A DNA stretch of 64,000 nucleotides from Candidatus Latescibacterota bacterium (lineage in GTDB: Bacteria > Krumholzibacteriota > Krumholzibacteriia > WVZY01 > JAKEHA01), in contig OY970173.1 of the NCBI GenBank assembly GCA_963707635.1, positions 1,184,001-1,248,000 on the forward strand, read 5' to 3'. Under the pieces are notes generated by a model. That model made no database searches, was not told the origin of the DNA, and saw only the letters and a list, made by a program, of their open reading frames with translations. This document shows positions 39,109-50,230 of this stretch, in pieces. A program made the translations under genes and the position numbers. The stretch's first letter is position 1; each line of letters begins with the position of its first letter.

Positions 39109-42100
39109 ATGCTGACTCGTTTTCCCGTTCCCCGCGCTGCGTGCTTCGCCGTGCTGGTGGCCATGGGTAGCATTCGCCGCGGGCGTGGCCCGGGCGACGA
39201 CCAACCCGCGTCTCCACTGGAAGACGATCTCCACCGAGCATTTCGACGTCCATTTTCACGAAGGCGAGGAGTGGACCGGTCAGGAAGTCGCGAAGATCGC
39301 CGAAGAGATGTACGGCCCCATCACGCGGCTCTATGACTACGAGCCCAAGCGCTGTCATTTCGTGCTGCTCGACACCGAGGACTACGCCAACGGCGCCGCG
39401 TACTACTACGACAACAAGATCGAAATCTGGGCGACCAATCTCGAGTTCCAGTTGCGCGGCACCACGCCGTGGCTGCGCAACGTCATCACCCACGAGTTCA
39501 CCCACATCGTCTCGATCCAGTCGGCGATGAAGATGCCGCTGCGCATCCCGGCGCTCTATTTCCAGGCCGTCGGCTTCGAGTCCGAAAAGCGCCCGGACGT
39601 GATCAACGGCTACCCCGACATGATCGTGTCGTATCCCGTCACCGGCACGGTCGTGCCGGGCTGGTGGGCCGAGGGCGTCGCCCAGTATCAGTCCCCGAGC
39701 TTTCAGACCGACTGCTGGGACACCCACCGCGACATGATCCTGCGCGCGGCGGTGGTCGAGGATCGCATGCTCTCCTACGACGCGATGGGGTTTCTGGGCC
39801 ACAGCGGTCTCGGCAACGAGCAGGTGTACGACCACGGCTTCGGGCTGGTGCGCTACATCGCCGCCACCTACGGGCCCGGGTCGCTCGACACGATCAGCAC
39901 CTACATGGGCAAGTGGTATCGCCTGACCATCGACGGGGCGCTCAAGCAGGCCACCGGCAAGAAAGGCGAGCAGCTCTACGACGACTGGAAGGCATCGCTG
40001 CAGCGGCGCTACGACGCCATGCTGATCCCGGTGCGCGCGAATCCGCGCGCGGGCGTGATTCTCTCCGATGCCGGGTTCATGACCCATTCGCCGTCGTTTT
40101 CTCCCGACGGCAGGACGGTCGCGTTTCTCTCTAATGAGGGGAGCGACTTCGCGAAGACGAGTCTCTATCTCTCGAACCGCGACGGAAAGGCGCCCCGGGA
40201 GCTCGAGGGTGGCGTATCGTCGCGCGCGGTGTTTTCACCCGACGGCAAGCGCCTCGTGTACGGCAAGCACACGAAGGTGGACAAGTACGGCGCGATGGTG
40301 AGCGATCTCTACGTCTACGAGCTGGCGTCCCGGAAGGAGAAGCGGCTCACGCGCCACGCGCGCGCGGCCGAGCCCCAGTGGTCGCCCAACGGGCGCACGG
40401 TCGTGTTCGTGCTGAACAGCGACGGGACGCACCGGCTGGCGACGATCGACGCCGGCGGCGGGGAGCTACGCATCCTGCTGGCCGGAGAGCCGGGGCGGCA
40501 ATTCTACGCGCCGCAGTTTTCGCCCGACGGAAGCCGCGTCCTCTTCGGCGTGTTCACCAGCGGGACCCGCGATCTCGCCTCGATCGCCGCCGATGGGAGC
40601 GATTTCCGCTACGAGCTGCGCACGATCAACGACGAGCGCGACGCGCGCTGGACACCGGACGGGCGCGGCATCGTGTTCGCGTCGGACCGCACCGGCATCT
40701 TCGACATCTACCGGATGGACGCCACCACGCGCGAGGTGGAGCAACTCACCAACGTAATCGGCGGCGCATTCATGCCCGATCTCGCGGCGAGCGGCGAGCT
40801 CGTGTACTCCGAGTACGCGGCGACCGGCTACCGCGTCTCGATACTCGATCCCGCCTCCGAGCCGGTCGCGCGTCTGACCGAAAGCGAGTATGCGGCGCGC
40901 GCGACCGGAGAGTTCGAGGAGTGCGGACCGCTCAAGGGCGGAAGCGATCTGAGCGAGGCCGCGTTCTCCCCCGACCTCTCGGCGGCGACTCTGTCGGCCG
41001 GGACCGGGGCCGGCCAGGGGTCCGCGCCCGCGATCACCGCCCCGGGGCTGGTGAGCTCCGAGGCCAAACCGTACAAGTGGGACTACACCGGCTTTCAGTT
41101 CTACCCGCGCGTGGTGATCTGGGACGGGACGCCGCGCCTGGGCCTGTTTGCTTCCAGCAACGAAATCCTCGACCGCCAGAGTCTCTTCTTCGGGGGATCC
41201 TACGGCGTCGACGGCGAGTTCGACGCGATCGTCAATTTCGAGCTGCGGCGGCTTTTTCCCGTGCTGTTCATGCAGTACTACCGCGTGCGCCAGAACTACG
41301 AAGACCAGTTTCCGATCGAGGATCTCGCCCGCTACTACTACGTCGACTACAAGTACGACGTGTGGTCCGCAGACCTGGGGCTGCGCTTCGAATTCGAAGA
41401 CCCCTACAGTCTCACGCGCCGCAACGACATTTCCATCTGGTGGAACCACAGCGAGTACAGCATCCACCTCGACCCCGAGTACGTGCCCATCGACGACCTG
41501 GACGCGCCCCGCAGCCCCGACCAGAAGGTGTCGTGGAAGTATTTCATCGGTAACGAGGCGCACCTGCACTGGCACTACAAGTCGATCACACGCGCGGTCG
41601 ACAGCGACATCAATCCGCGCGGCGGACGGCAGATCGACGTCGAGCTGACGTACGCGAACGACGATCTGTTCGAGAGCGGTGAGTTCGAGTACGGGGTGCG
41701 ACCGGACTTCACGCGCAATCAGTTCGGGCAGTACACGGTGGACTGGCGGGAGTACCTGGCGCTGCCGGCGTGGCGGCACACGCTGGAACTGCGGTTGATG
41801 GGCTCGTTCATCGACAACGACGTCGACGACTTCTTCTGGGTCTACATGGGCGGCATGGACCGGCTGCGCGGGTACACGTACTACGCGATCGGCGGGCGCA
41901 AGGGCGCGCTCGCGAGCGCCACCTACCGGTTTCCCATCTTCCGGCAGATCGCCCGGCAGGCGTCGTGGCTCACCTTCAAAGACCTGTACGGGGCCGTGTT
42001 CTACGCGGTGGGGAGCGCGTGGAACCAGGGCAACACGCCGAGCGACGACCCTGCGCTGGCCCGAGACTACTACACCTCGGCGGGCGGCGAGCTACGGCTC

Positions 42101-42256
42101 AACCTCGGCTCGTTCTATTCCTATCCGACCACGATCGATTTTTCGGCCGCCTACGCGCTCGACCAGGCCGAGTACGTCAACCCGATCTTCGACGTGCCCG
42201 CGGTCGTCTACGACCCGCAGTGGCGCTACTATCTCCTGGTCGGCTTCACATTCTGA
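39109..42256 (+). CDS. outer-membrane protein: HEXXH peptidase-like domain + TolB-like beta-propeller + C-terminal beta-barrel (+1 frameshift ~39166 in the signal peptide)
   Basis: HEFTH...WAEG, repeated P.FSPDG, RLRGY loop motif and terminal F. Confidence 0.85.
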
Positions 42257-42258
42257 CT

Positions 42259-42519
42259 TCAGGCCCCGGCTGCCGGCTTCTTCTTCTTGAGGAAGCTGCC
42301 GATCAACGTGAGCACCACGCCTCCGACCGCGCCGGCGCCCAACTCTCCGCCCACGCCGCCGCTGCCCATCACCTGACCGCCGAGGAGCCCGCCTGCCGCG
42401 CCGAGCAGGGTGTTCCACATCGGGCCCATGCTTCGATTCTTCATCAGCGCGCCGAGGGCGTTGCCGCCCACGCCGCCACCGAGCAGACCCATCAGCATAT
42501 TCATCAGACTGCTATCCAT
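42259..42519 (-). CDS. small Gly-rich membrane protein (GlsB/YeaQ/YmgE-like)
   Basis: AAGGAGG RBS; three Gly-rich hydrophobic segments; basic C-terminus. Confidence 0.75.
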   Translation of the reverse strand: MDSSLMNMLMGLLGGGVGGNALGALMKNRSMGPMWNTLLGAAGGLLGGQVMGSGGVGGELGAGAVGGVVLTLIGSFLKKKKPAAGA

Positions 42520-42691
42520 GTGACCTCCTTCGAACCGCGAGGTGGTGCTCGCCAAAACGGGTGCGCGGCGCGGGGTGCGGGCAAGCGCGTTAAGTGTGAG
42601 TCGAACCGCTGACGTTGGCAAGCGACATTCGTGGCGCGAGGAGCGTGCTGGTCGTGCTAAGGTTCACAAGCGAATCGGAGGTCACACTACG

Positions 42692-43231
42692 ATGATCGAG
42701 ACTCCGCGCCTGCTCCTGGTTCCAGCCACGATCGAACTGTGCCGGGCCGAGCTCGAAGACCGCGCGCGTTTCGCGCGTCTGCTCGACGCGGACCTGCCCG
42801 CGGACTGGCCGCCCCCGCTCAACGACGACAACACGATCCGCTGGGTGGTCGGCCACCTGACCGAGCACCCCGACGCGGCGCTGTGGACGATGTGGTATTT
42901 CCTGCTGCGGCGTTCCGGCGAGCGAGCGCTCGCCATCGGCAAGGGCGGGTTCACGGGAGCGCCCGCGCCCGACGGCACCTGCGAGGTCGGGTATTCCGTG
43001 GCGGAGTCCCACCAGCGGCGCGGGTACGCCACCGAAGCCACGAACGGGCTGGTGGGCCACGCCTTCGAGGATCCTCGCGTCAGCCGCGTCATCGCCCACA
43101 CGCTCCCCGACCTGACGCCTTCGATCCGCGTGCTCGAGAAGTGCGGGTTCGTCTTCGTGGGAGACGGCGAAGAGGCGGGGACGATACGTTTCGAGTTGCG
43201 ACGCGCTACAGCTCCGCGTACGGCACGCTGA
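42692..43231 (+). CDS. GNAT N-acetyltransferase, RimJ/RimL type
   Basis: MIETPRLLL, EVGY, QRRGYATEA and SIRVLEKCGF motifs. Confidence 0.9.
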   Translation: MIETPRLLLVPATIELCRAELEDRARFARLLDADLPADWPPPLNDDNTIRWVVGHLTEHPDAALWTMWYFLLRRSGERALAIGKGGFTGAPAPDGTCEVGYSVAESHQRRGYATEATNGLVGHAFEDPRVSRVIAHTLPDLTPSIRVLEKCGFVFVGDGEEAGTIRFELRRATAPRTAR

Positions 43232-44057
43232 ACGTGTCGCCCTGCGTGAGGTCTCCGGTCTCGAAGCCGCTACGGAACCAGGCCGCGCGCTGCGCGGAGG
43301 TGCCGTGCGTGAACGAGTCCGGAACGACGTGACCGCTCGACGCCTTCTGGAGGCGATCGTCGCCGACCGCGGAGGCCGCGGCGATCGCTTCCTCCAGGTC
43401 CCCGGCCTCGACGACGTCGAGCGACGCGCGTGCGAAGTGGGCCCATACGCCGGCGAGAAAGTCGGCCTGCAACTCGAGCCGCACCGACATCTGGTTGTAC
43501 GCCTCCTCCGTCATGCGCCCGCGCATCGCGTCCATGCGATCCGTGATTCCCATCAGCTTCTGGACGTGGTGGCCGACCTCGTGCGCGACCACGTACGCGA
43601 TCGCGAAGTCGCCGGGAGCGCCGAAGCGCGTTTGCAGCTCGTCGAAGAACGAGAGATCGATGTACACCTTCTCGTCGGATGGGCAGTAGAACGGTCCGGA
43701 CGCCGTGCTCGCCCACCCGCAGGCGGATTCGACCTGGTCGCTGTACAGCACGACCCACGGCTTGCGGTACGCCATGCCTTCCTCCGCGAGCAGCCGGCCC
43801 CAGATGTCTTCGGTATCCGCCAGCACCACCGACACGAACTGCTTCATTTCTTCCGCGTGTGCGTCCACCGGCGCGTCGGCAGCGGGTTCCAGCTGCGTGG
43901 TCGCGACCTGGTTCAGCAGGTCCCGCGGATCCGCGCCGAATAGCAGCGCCACCACCAGCACCACGATCGCGCCGAGCCCGCCGCCCACCACCATCCGGCC
44001 GCCCCGCCCGCGCTGGTCGTCGACATTGCCGCTCTGACGCCTTCCGGTCCATTTCAT
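43206..44057 (-). CDS. neutral zinc metallopeptidase (YpfJ-like)
   Basis: GPFYCP.D.KVY, AHEVGHHVQ, ELQAD and DSFTHGTS motifs. Confidence 0.93.
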   Translation of the reverse strand: MKWTGRRQSGNVDDQRGRGGRMVVGGGLGAIVVLVVALLFGADPRDLLNQVATTQLEPAADAPVDAHAEEMKQFVSVVLADTEDIWGRLLAEEGMAYRKPWVVLYSDQVESACGWASTASGPFYCPSDEKVYIDLSFFDELQTRFGAPGDFAIAYVVAHEVGHHVQKLMGITDRMDAMRGRMTEEAYNQMSVRLELQADFLAGVWAHFARASLDVVEAGDLEEAIAAASAVGDDRLQKASSGHVVPDSFTHGTSAQRAAWFRSGFETGDLTQGDTFSVPYAEL

Positions 44058-45406
44058 GGCGAACTCCTCGTTACGGGTTGACGCGCATGCGCCGCGATCG
44101 CGTCGGCCAGGAGGTCGGCGACCACGCGGTGCCCCTCGATCGACAAATGGTCGTGGTCGAGAAAGAGACGCTCGGGTGCGACGTGTGTGCGGTGAGTATA
44201 CTCCACCAGCGGAGGGAGCAAGTCGATCAGCGGAATGCCCCGCGCCGCCGCGTACGAGGCGATCACGCGCTGCGGCGCCGAGAGGCGTTCAGGATCCGAG
44301 AGCTGGACGGTGAACGGAAGTACTACCACCAGCACCGGGATCCCGTGCGCGCCGCAGCCGTCGACGATCGCCTGCAGATCCGCCAGCGCGTAGTCCCACG
44401 CCATTTTCACGTTGGGCTGCTCGGGATGCGCCATCAGGGTCTCGACCTCGAGCATCTCCTGATGCAAGGCGCCCAGCCGCAGGTCCGCGCCGAGGCGCCG
44501 CCTCGCCTTGATCTCGAGGATCAGGTTCTGGATTTCGTAACAGAGCGCGCTCTTCGACACCAGGCGGTCGAAAATGGACACGTAGGAATGTCTTAATTGA
44601 AAACCCTCGTCGGAGCCGCCGAAACGGGCCAGGTGAAACATCTCGGTCACGTCGTTGAGCACGAACCCGACCACGACCAGGTCGGGGTTGTACCCGTACC
44701 CCTCTTGTTCCAGCAGGATCCGCTGCTGCCACTGGGAGTAGCCTTCGACCGCCAGATTCACCGTCTCGGTCGGAATCGAGTCGCGCGCCTCCAGCATCGA
44801 TCCGATCACGTACGGGTAGGTGTCCTCCCAGCGCGCGATGCGATAGCCGAACGTCACCGAGTCGCCGAGGTAGAGGACGCGCCGCGTTCCGCCGGCGCGC
44901 GGGTAGGGGACGACCGGGCCGCGGAAGCCCCGCTCGTTGACGTGCACCTCGACGCCGCCCCACTCGTCGACGGCGTTGGCGCGCAGTTTCCACCCGAGCG
45001 TGTCGTCGCGCACGAAGAGCGTCGTCGTCTTCTCGTGCGGGGGGACGAACGCGCGCAGCGCGAGTTCGAGCCATCCCACCGGCACCGCGATCACGAACAG
45101 GGAAAGCAGGATTCGCTCGACGAGCGCGCGGCGGAACCAGCGATCCAGCGGGGCGACCCGCCCGACGAGCCACGCGGCGGCCAGCAGCGCGGCGCCGGTG
45201 CCAAGAAATGCGAGCTGCATCGCGTGCACGCGGGCGGGGTCGGGCTCGGCGATGCCGGGGCGGTGCAGGAGCGAACGCGCCGTGCGGACCGCGAGCGAAA
45301 CGAACCAGGTGTTGTGCACGGCGGCGCCGGTCACGAAGATGACGCCGGCGATCGCGAGCAAGGTCCGGCTCGCGCCGCGGCGGGCGACGGGGGAGGGAGT
45401 CGCCAC
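44054..45406 (-). CDS. membrane-anchored SGNH/GDSL hydrolase/acyltransferase
   Basis: LGDSVTFG, N.A..GY, LND and DHDHLS.EGH motifs. Confidence 0.85.
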   Translation of the reverse strand: MATPSPVARRGASRTLLAIAGVIFVTGAAVHNTWFVSLAVRTARSLLHRPGIAEPDPARVHAMQLAFLGTGAALLAAAWLVGRVAPLDRWFRRALVERILLSLFVIAVPVGWLELALRAFVPPHEKTTTLFVRDDTLGWKLRANAVDEWGGVEVHVNERGFRGPVVPYPRAGGTRRVLYLGDSVTFGYRIARWEDTYPYVIGSMLEARDSIPTETVNLAVEGYSQWQQRILLEQEGYGYNPDLVVVGFVLNDVTEMFHLARFGGSDEGFQLRHSYVSIFDRLVSKSALCYEIQNLILEIKARRRLGADLRLGALHQEMLEVETLMAHPEQPNVKMAWDYALADLQAIVDGCGAHGIPVLVVVLPFTVQLSDPERLSAPQRVIASYAAARGIPLIDLLPPLVEYTHRTHVAPERLFLDHDHLSIEGHRVVADLLADAIAAHARQPVTRSSP

Positions 45407-45413
45407 GCGGGGT

Positions 45414-45908
45414 CTACCCTTTCTCGATCTGGCGAACCGAGCCCGACCAGTCGAACTCGAAGACCTCGTACTCGGCCTTCGACATGCCGACGGCCTGGTA
45501 GGTCTTCTGCGCGCGCTCGTTGAGGCGGTGGACGTACAGGCGCAGGCCCCTCACGTCCCGCTGCGCGCGCGCCACCGATTCGATGTGGCGATAGATCGCG
45601 CGGAACACGCCGTGCCGTCGCGCGCCCGGTTCCACGTACACGCTCTGCAGCCACCACAGCACGCCGTCGCGCCAGTCCGTCAGCTCGAAGGTGACCATGG
45701 TGCCGCCGACAACCTTGCCGTCGATCTGGGCGATGAAGTACCGGCACAGCTCGGGGTGCGCGAAGCCACGCCGCACGCCCGCGGTGAGGGTCGGGTTGTC
45801 GAGCACCCTGCCCTCGGATTCCAGCGCCAGGCGGCGGTTGAAATCGACGAGCAGCGGCAGGTCGAGCTCGTTGGCATCGCGGACGGTGATTTTCGTTCGC
45901 CTGGGCAT
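45414..45908 (-). CDS. GNAT N-acetyltransferase
   Basis: WWLQSVYV...RRHGVF and LRLYV...NERAQKTY motifs. Confidence 0.88.
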   Translation of the reverse strand: MPRRTKITVRDANELDLPLLVDFNRRLALESEGRVLDNPTLTAGVRRGFAHPELCRYFIAQIDGKVVGGTMVTFELTDWRDGVLWWLQSVYVEPGARRHGVFRAIYRHIESVARAQRDVRGLRLYVHRLNERAQKTYQAVGMSKAEYEVFEFDWSGSVRQIEKG

Positions 45909-45966
45909 GTCGGGTGGAGGCCCGGGATGGGCGTACCCGAATCCTAGCAGGTCGGCCGGCGGGCGG

Positions 45967-47409
45967 CTACTCGTGAAGCGCGAAGGAAGGGCGCGAGAAC
46001 TCGCGGGGGTTGATCTTGAAGCGGGCGAGCCGGTTGCGAAGCGCACCGCGACTGACCCCCATCAGCTCGGCGGCGCGCGACACGTTGCCGCGCGTGCGCT
46101 TGAGTGTCGCCTCGATCAGCGCGCGCTCCACCTCGTCGAGCGTGACCGCGCCGGTGGGGAGCTCCATCTCGATGCGGCCCTCCGTGCGGCGGAGCGCAGC
46201 CGCGCGGGGCGCCGCCGTCGACGGAACCGCGATCGGGAGGTGGGACGCCTCGATCCGGTCCCCCTGGCAGAGCAGCACGGCGCGCTCGAGCACGTTGACC
46301 AGCTCGCGCACGTTGCCGGGCCACGGATAGGCGCGGGTCATCGCCTTCGCCTCGGGCGAGAGCACGAGCCCGGGCTTGTTGAACTTCTTCTTGAAGGATT
46401 CCAGGTAGTGGGCGGCAATCGTGTCGATGTCCTCGATCCGCTCGCGTAGCGGCGGTACGCGGATCTCCACCACGTTGAGCCGGTAGTAGAAGTCCTGGCG
46501 GAAGCGTCCCTCGCTCACCTGCTCCCGGATCTCGCGGTTGCTGGCGGCAATGACGCGCGTTTCGACCGTGACCTCGCGCTCTCCGCCCAGGCGGCGGAAG
46601 CGTTTCGTGTCGAGAAACTTGAGGAGCTTCGCCTGGGTCACGGGTTCGATCTCGGTGATTTCGTCGAGAAACAGAGTCCCGCCATCGGCCAGCTCGATCA
46701 GTCCGACCTTCTGGCCACGCGCGTCTGTAAACGCCCCCGGCTCGTAGCCGAACAGCTCGCTTTCGAGCAGGTTGTGCGGAATCGCGGCGCAGTTGATCTC
46801 GATGAACGGACCGGTGGAGGCGCGTGAGCGCTCGTGGATGGTATGGGCGAATAGGCTCTTTCCAACGCCCGACTCGCCCAGCAGCAGGACGGAAGTGGTG
46901 GCACCTTCCGCGACCCGGTCGATCATCTCGAGCACATGGCGAATCGGCTCGCTCGTGCCGACGATCTCGTCGACTTTCGCGGAGCGCTTGGTTGCGCGCG
47001 TGTGTTCGACCCGCTCGCGGCGCAGGTGGATCTGGGCGAGCGTCTGCTCGATGAGTGCGTGAAACGTCTCCCCCTCGACGGGCTTGAGCACGAACGCGCG
47101 CGCCTTGAGGCTCAAGACCTTGCGATCGAGGTCCGGGAGCTCGCGGGGAACGCACAGGATCAGCTGCGCGAGCGGGTTCGCCGCGCGGGCCTTTTCCAGC
47201 GTGGAGCGGGACGTCTCCAGCGATACCGCGTCCGTGAACCCCAGCACGATCAGGTCCACGCGCACGACTTCGCCGTCGAGGTCGGCGGCGCGAAGCACGC
47301 GCACCGGCTTCGAGAGCCCGCGCAGGTAGCCGCGGATATGCTCGGCATCCCAGTCGTTCGAGTCGACGACGAGGACGTGGTATGGATCGCGCGCGGTTCG
47401 TTCGCTCAT
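45967..47409 (-). CDS. sigma54-dependent NtrC-family regulator with degenerate receiver domain
   Basis: [33 protein letters not shown] and Fis-type HTH. Confidence 0.92.
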   Translation of the reverse strand: MSERTARDPYHVLVVDSNDWDAEHIRGYLRGLSKPVRVLRAADLDGEVVRVDLIVLGFTDAVSLETSRSTLEKARAANPLAQLILCVPRELPDLDRKVLSLKARAFVLKPVEGETFHALIEQTLAQIHLRRERVEHTRATKRSAKVDEIVGTSEPIRHVLEMIDRVAEGATTSVLLLGESGVGKSLFAHTIHERSRASTGPFIEINCAAIPHNLLESELFGYEPGAFTDARGQKVGLIELADGGTLFLDEITEIEPVTQAKLLKFLDTKRFRRLGGEREVTVETRVIAASNREIREQVSEGRFRQDFYYRLNVVEIRVPPLRERIEDIDTIAAHYLESFKKKFNKPGLVLSPEAKAMTRAYPWPGNVRELVNVLERAVLLCQGDRIEASHLPIAVPSTAAPRAAALRRTEGRIEMELPTGAVTLDEVERALIEATLKRTRGNVSRAAELMGVSRGALRNRLARFKINPREFSRPSFALHE

Positions 47410-47452
47410 CCTGGAATCCCCCGATAATCAGACGGAGCTTGCGCCCGGACTC

Positions 47453-47468
47453 TGCAAGTCCTGTGCCG
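47453..47468 (-). promoter_or_regulatory. sigma54 promoter upstream of the NtrC-like gene
   Basis: minus strand CGGCAC-AGGAC-TTGCA, 44 bp before the ATG. Confidence 0.65.
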
Positions 47469-47564
47469 GGTGGGCCAGGATGCGGCTTGCCGTTCCCGGG
47501 TGGTTTCGGCTAGCGTCAGCGCGAACCGACGGCCGAGCGTGCCGCGGAAGGGGAGAGGACCGGT

Positions 47565-49359
47565 ATGCACAGACTCGGAGCCGTTTTCCTGGGGCTGGGC
47601 GCGTGCGCGCTCGCCGCGGTCTCGTGCGGCGGGGATGACCCGGCCGCGCCGCCGCCGGCGGATCCGCCGATCGTGAGCAGCATCAGCGCCTCCATCGCGT
47701 CTCCCGGCGACACGCTGCTCATCAGCGGCTCCCGCTTCGGCACCCCGGCGAGCACGAACCGCGTTCGCTTTTTCAATTCGCTGGCGGTGGCCACGCCGTT
47801 CGCCGGGAGCGAAACGGAGCTGTCGGTGGTGGTCGACAAGGACGCGACCAGCGGTGCAATCACGGTGACGTCGAACGGGCTCTCCGCCCAGGGGCCGGCG
47901 CTCGAGGTGCGTGCGCGAAGTCGGCGACGTGTTCGTGTTCGGGGGGCTGGGGGCGAACCAGCCGCTCGTGCTCCCGAACCCGACCGCGACCACGCAGTAC
48001 CTGGTAATTCCGCACTCGGTCAACGCGAATTGGTCGTATAAGACAAATCATTCGTATCGCATCAGCTCGACGCTGGTACCGCCGATCGTTGCTGCGCAGG
48101 CAACCGGAGCGGGAGCCTTCCGGCCCGGGAAGTTTACGCTCCGTGAAGAATTCGAGGCGTGGCGATGGGAGCAGGCGCGCCACATGATCGAGCGCGTGGG
48201 GTTTCCTGAGCCTGGGGAAGCGCCGGCACCGCAAGCAACGGTCGTGTTGCCACCGTTCCGGCAGTTCAACGTGCTCAAGTCGGCGAACCGGGACGTCGAC
48301 GTGTCATCTCCGTCGAGCTATCAGCGCGTGACAGCCGAGCTTCGCTATTCAGGAACGAAATGCCTGGTCTACGCAGACGTCGACACGCTCGCGACGGGCA
48401 ACTTCACGCAGACCGAATTCGACGCTTTCGGCCAGGCGTTCGACAGCTCGATCGAGACCACCAATGTGACCTATTTCGGCAACTATTCCGACGTCGACGG
48501 TAACGGCAAGATGTTGGTGCTGATCACGCCGGTGGTGAATAACCTCACACCCGATGACAACATTCAGAAACACAAGGGGTTTATCGCCGGGTTCTTTCTG
48601 GCCACCGATCTGCGTTTTCCACCGGCGATGCCGGTCGGCACCACGAACCAGGCGGAGATCATTTACCTCCTCGCGGCCGATCCGAGCGGGTTCTGGGGAA
48701 ATGTTTTTCCAGTCGCTGCCACCGCGCAGGAGAACATCAACACGACCGCGCACGAGCACGAGCACTTGATAAGTTTCTCGAGACGCCTGTTCATCGAGCG
48801 CGGACCCTCCCAAGAGACCTGGCTCGAGGAAGGCATGGCGCACATGGCCGAACATTTGAACGGAATTGACGGCGCCAACAAGAACCGCGGCGCGCTGTAT
48901 CTCGCCTGCCCCGACAGCATTTCGCTCGAAGACAACAACGCGCCCCTCGACCAGCGCGGCGGCATCTACCTGTTCTTACAACTTATGGTGGACCGCTACG
49001 GCACTGACATCCTCAAGAGCATCGTGCAGAGCAAGTGCACTGGCCGCGCATGCATCCAGAACGTCACTGGAGAAAACTTCTACGAACTGTTCGCGGAATT
49101 CCTGGCCGCGCTGTACCTGACCGGCCGGGGCATCACCGGTGACCCGCGCTTCAACTTCGCCTCGATCGACCTGGCGGACTTCGGGACGCTCGCCACAGCG
49201 TTCCACGTTGCCGGCACCGCCGATGTGACGGGGTCGGTGCGCCGGACCGCGGGCGATTTCCATATTTTCAGCGGCGCGCTCAACCAGGAGACGCGCTTCA
49301 CGTTCACCAATCCGGGCGGAAACGCGCGGCTGCGGAACGTGGTCGTGCGCATCCAATGA
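47565..49359 (+). CDS. lipoprotein: IPT/TIG-like Ig domain + HEXXH metallopeptidase domain (+1 frameshift ~47910)
   Basis: lipobox AVSC; PGDTLLISGSRFG; DVDGNGK, GFF and TAHEHEH...WLEEG motifs. Confidence 0.8.
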
Positions 49360-49964
49360 GGCCGACCATGTCACGGGCTGGCGGGGTGATCGTGCTGCTA
49401 CTGGGAGGAGTCTTGCTCTACGGCTGCGGGGGAAAGAGCGCGCGTGCCGTGAACGACTTGAACGGGATCGCGGATGGAGAGTTCGTGCGAATCGAAGGCG
49501 AGCTGGCGCTCCGCGGCAGTACCCCGTTTCCCACCCTCGTCCTGGTGACGCCGAGCGGCGCCGCGGTGACGGTCGATTCGCGCTCGTCGGAAGTCCAACA
49601 CGAGCTCAAGGGACTCGTGAGCATGCGCGTCGCGGTCGAAGGGACCGTGATCACGAGCACCGACCCCACGCTGTCCCGTCTCGACGCGGCGGGCTACGAT
49701 CTCCTGCCGCTGCCCGGGGGTGAAGTCCCGATCGTCGGCGCCCTCACCATCGAAGCCGACCAGCTCGTGCTCACCGCGAAGGACGGAACGCGCTACTGGA
49801 TTCGCGGCGATCTCGTTGGCGCGATTCGCGAATACGACGGTGCCCGCATCTGGGTGGTCGGATCCGCCGAGGACACCACCGCTCTGGAACGCCCGAAGCA
49901 GTCCACCCCGTTTACGCCCACCGGCTACGGCGTCATCAACGAAGTTTCTCCGCGTGTGAACTGA
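49356..49964 (+). CDS. hypothetical lipoprotein
   Basis: lipobox LYGC; ATG overlaps the upstream stop (49368 is an alternative start). Confidence 0.7.
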   Translation: MRPTMSRAGGVIVLLLGGVLLYGCGGKSARAVNDLNGIADGEFVRIEGELALRGSTPFPTLVLVTPSGAAVTVDSRSSEVQHELKGLVSMRVAVEGTVITSTDPTLSRLDAAGYDLLPLPGGEVPIVGALTIEADQLVLTAKDGTRYWIRGDLVGAIREYDGARIWVVGSAEDTTALERPKQSTPFTPTGYGVINEVSPRVN

Positions 49965-50154
49965 ACGCACTGTCGAAGTCTCGACAGGGAGGCGCGCGGC
50001 ACGGTCGCGACGCAACTGTCGGCGCGCTCGCGCACTAACCTCGTCGATTCCACCCGCCGAGCCGGCCCTCCACCGGCGGGGCGTTGCCAACCCGATCCAC
50101 TCACGAGGCCCGACAGTCGTTGCGCCACCGCTGCTTACGCGCGTTCGCGCCGCG

Positions 50155-50169
50155 TGGCACCGCACTTGC
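50155..50169 (+). promoter_or_regulatory. sigma54 promoter upstream of the stand-alone enhancer-binding protein
   Basis: TGGCAC-CGCAC-TTGC, consensus match and spacing. Confidence 0.75.
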
Positions 50170-50230
50170 CGTGATAGCGCGACGTTGGATCGATCCCGAT
50201 CGCACGACGGACCGAAAGGAGAACATTGTC

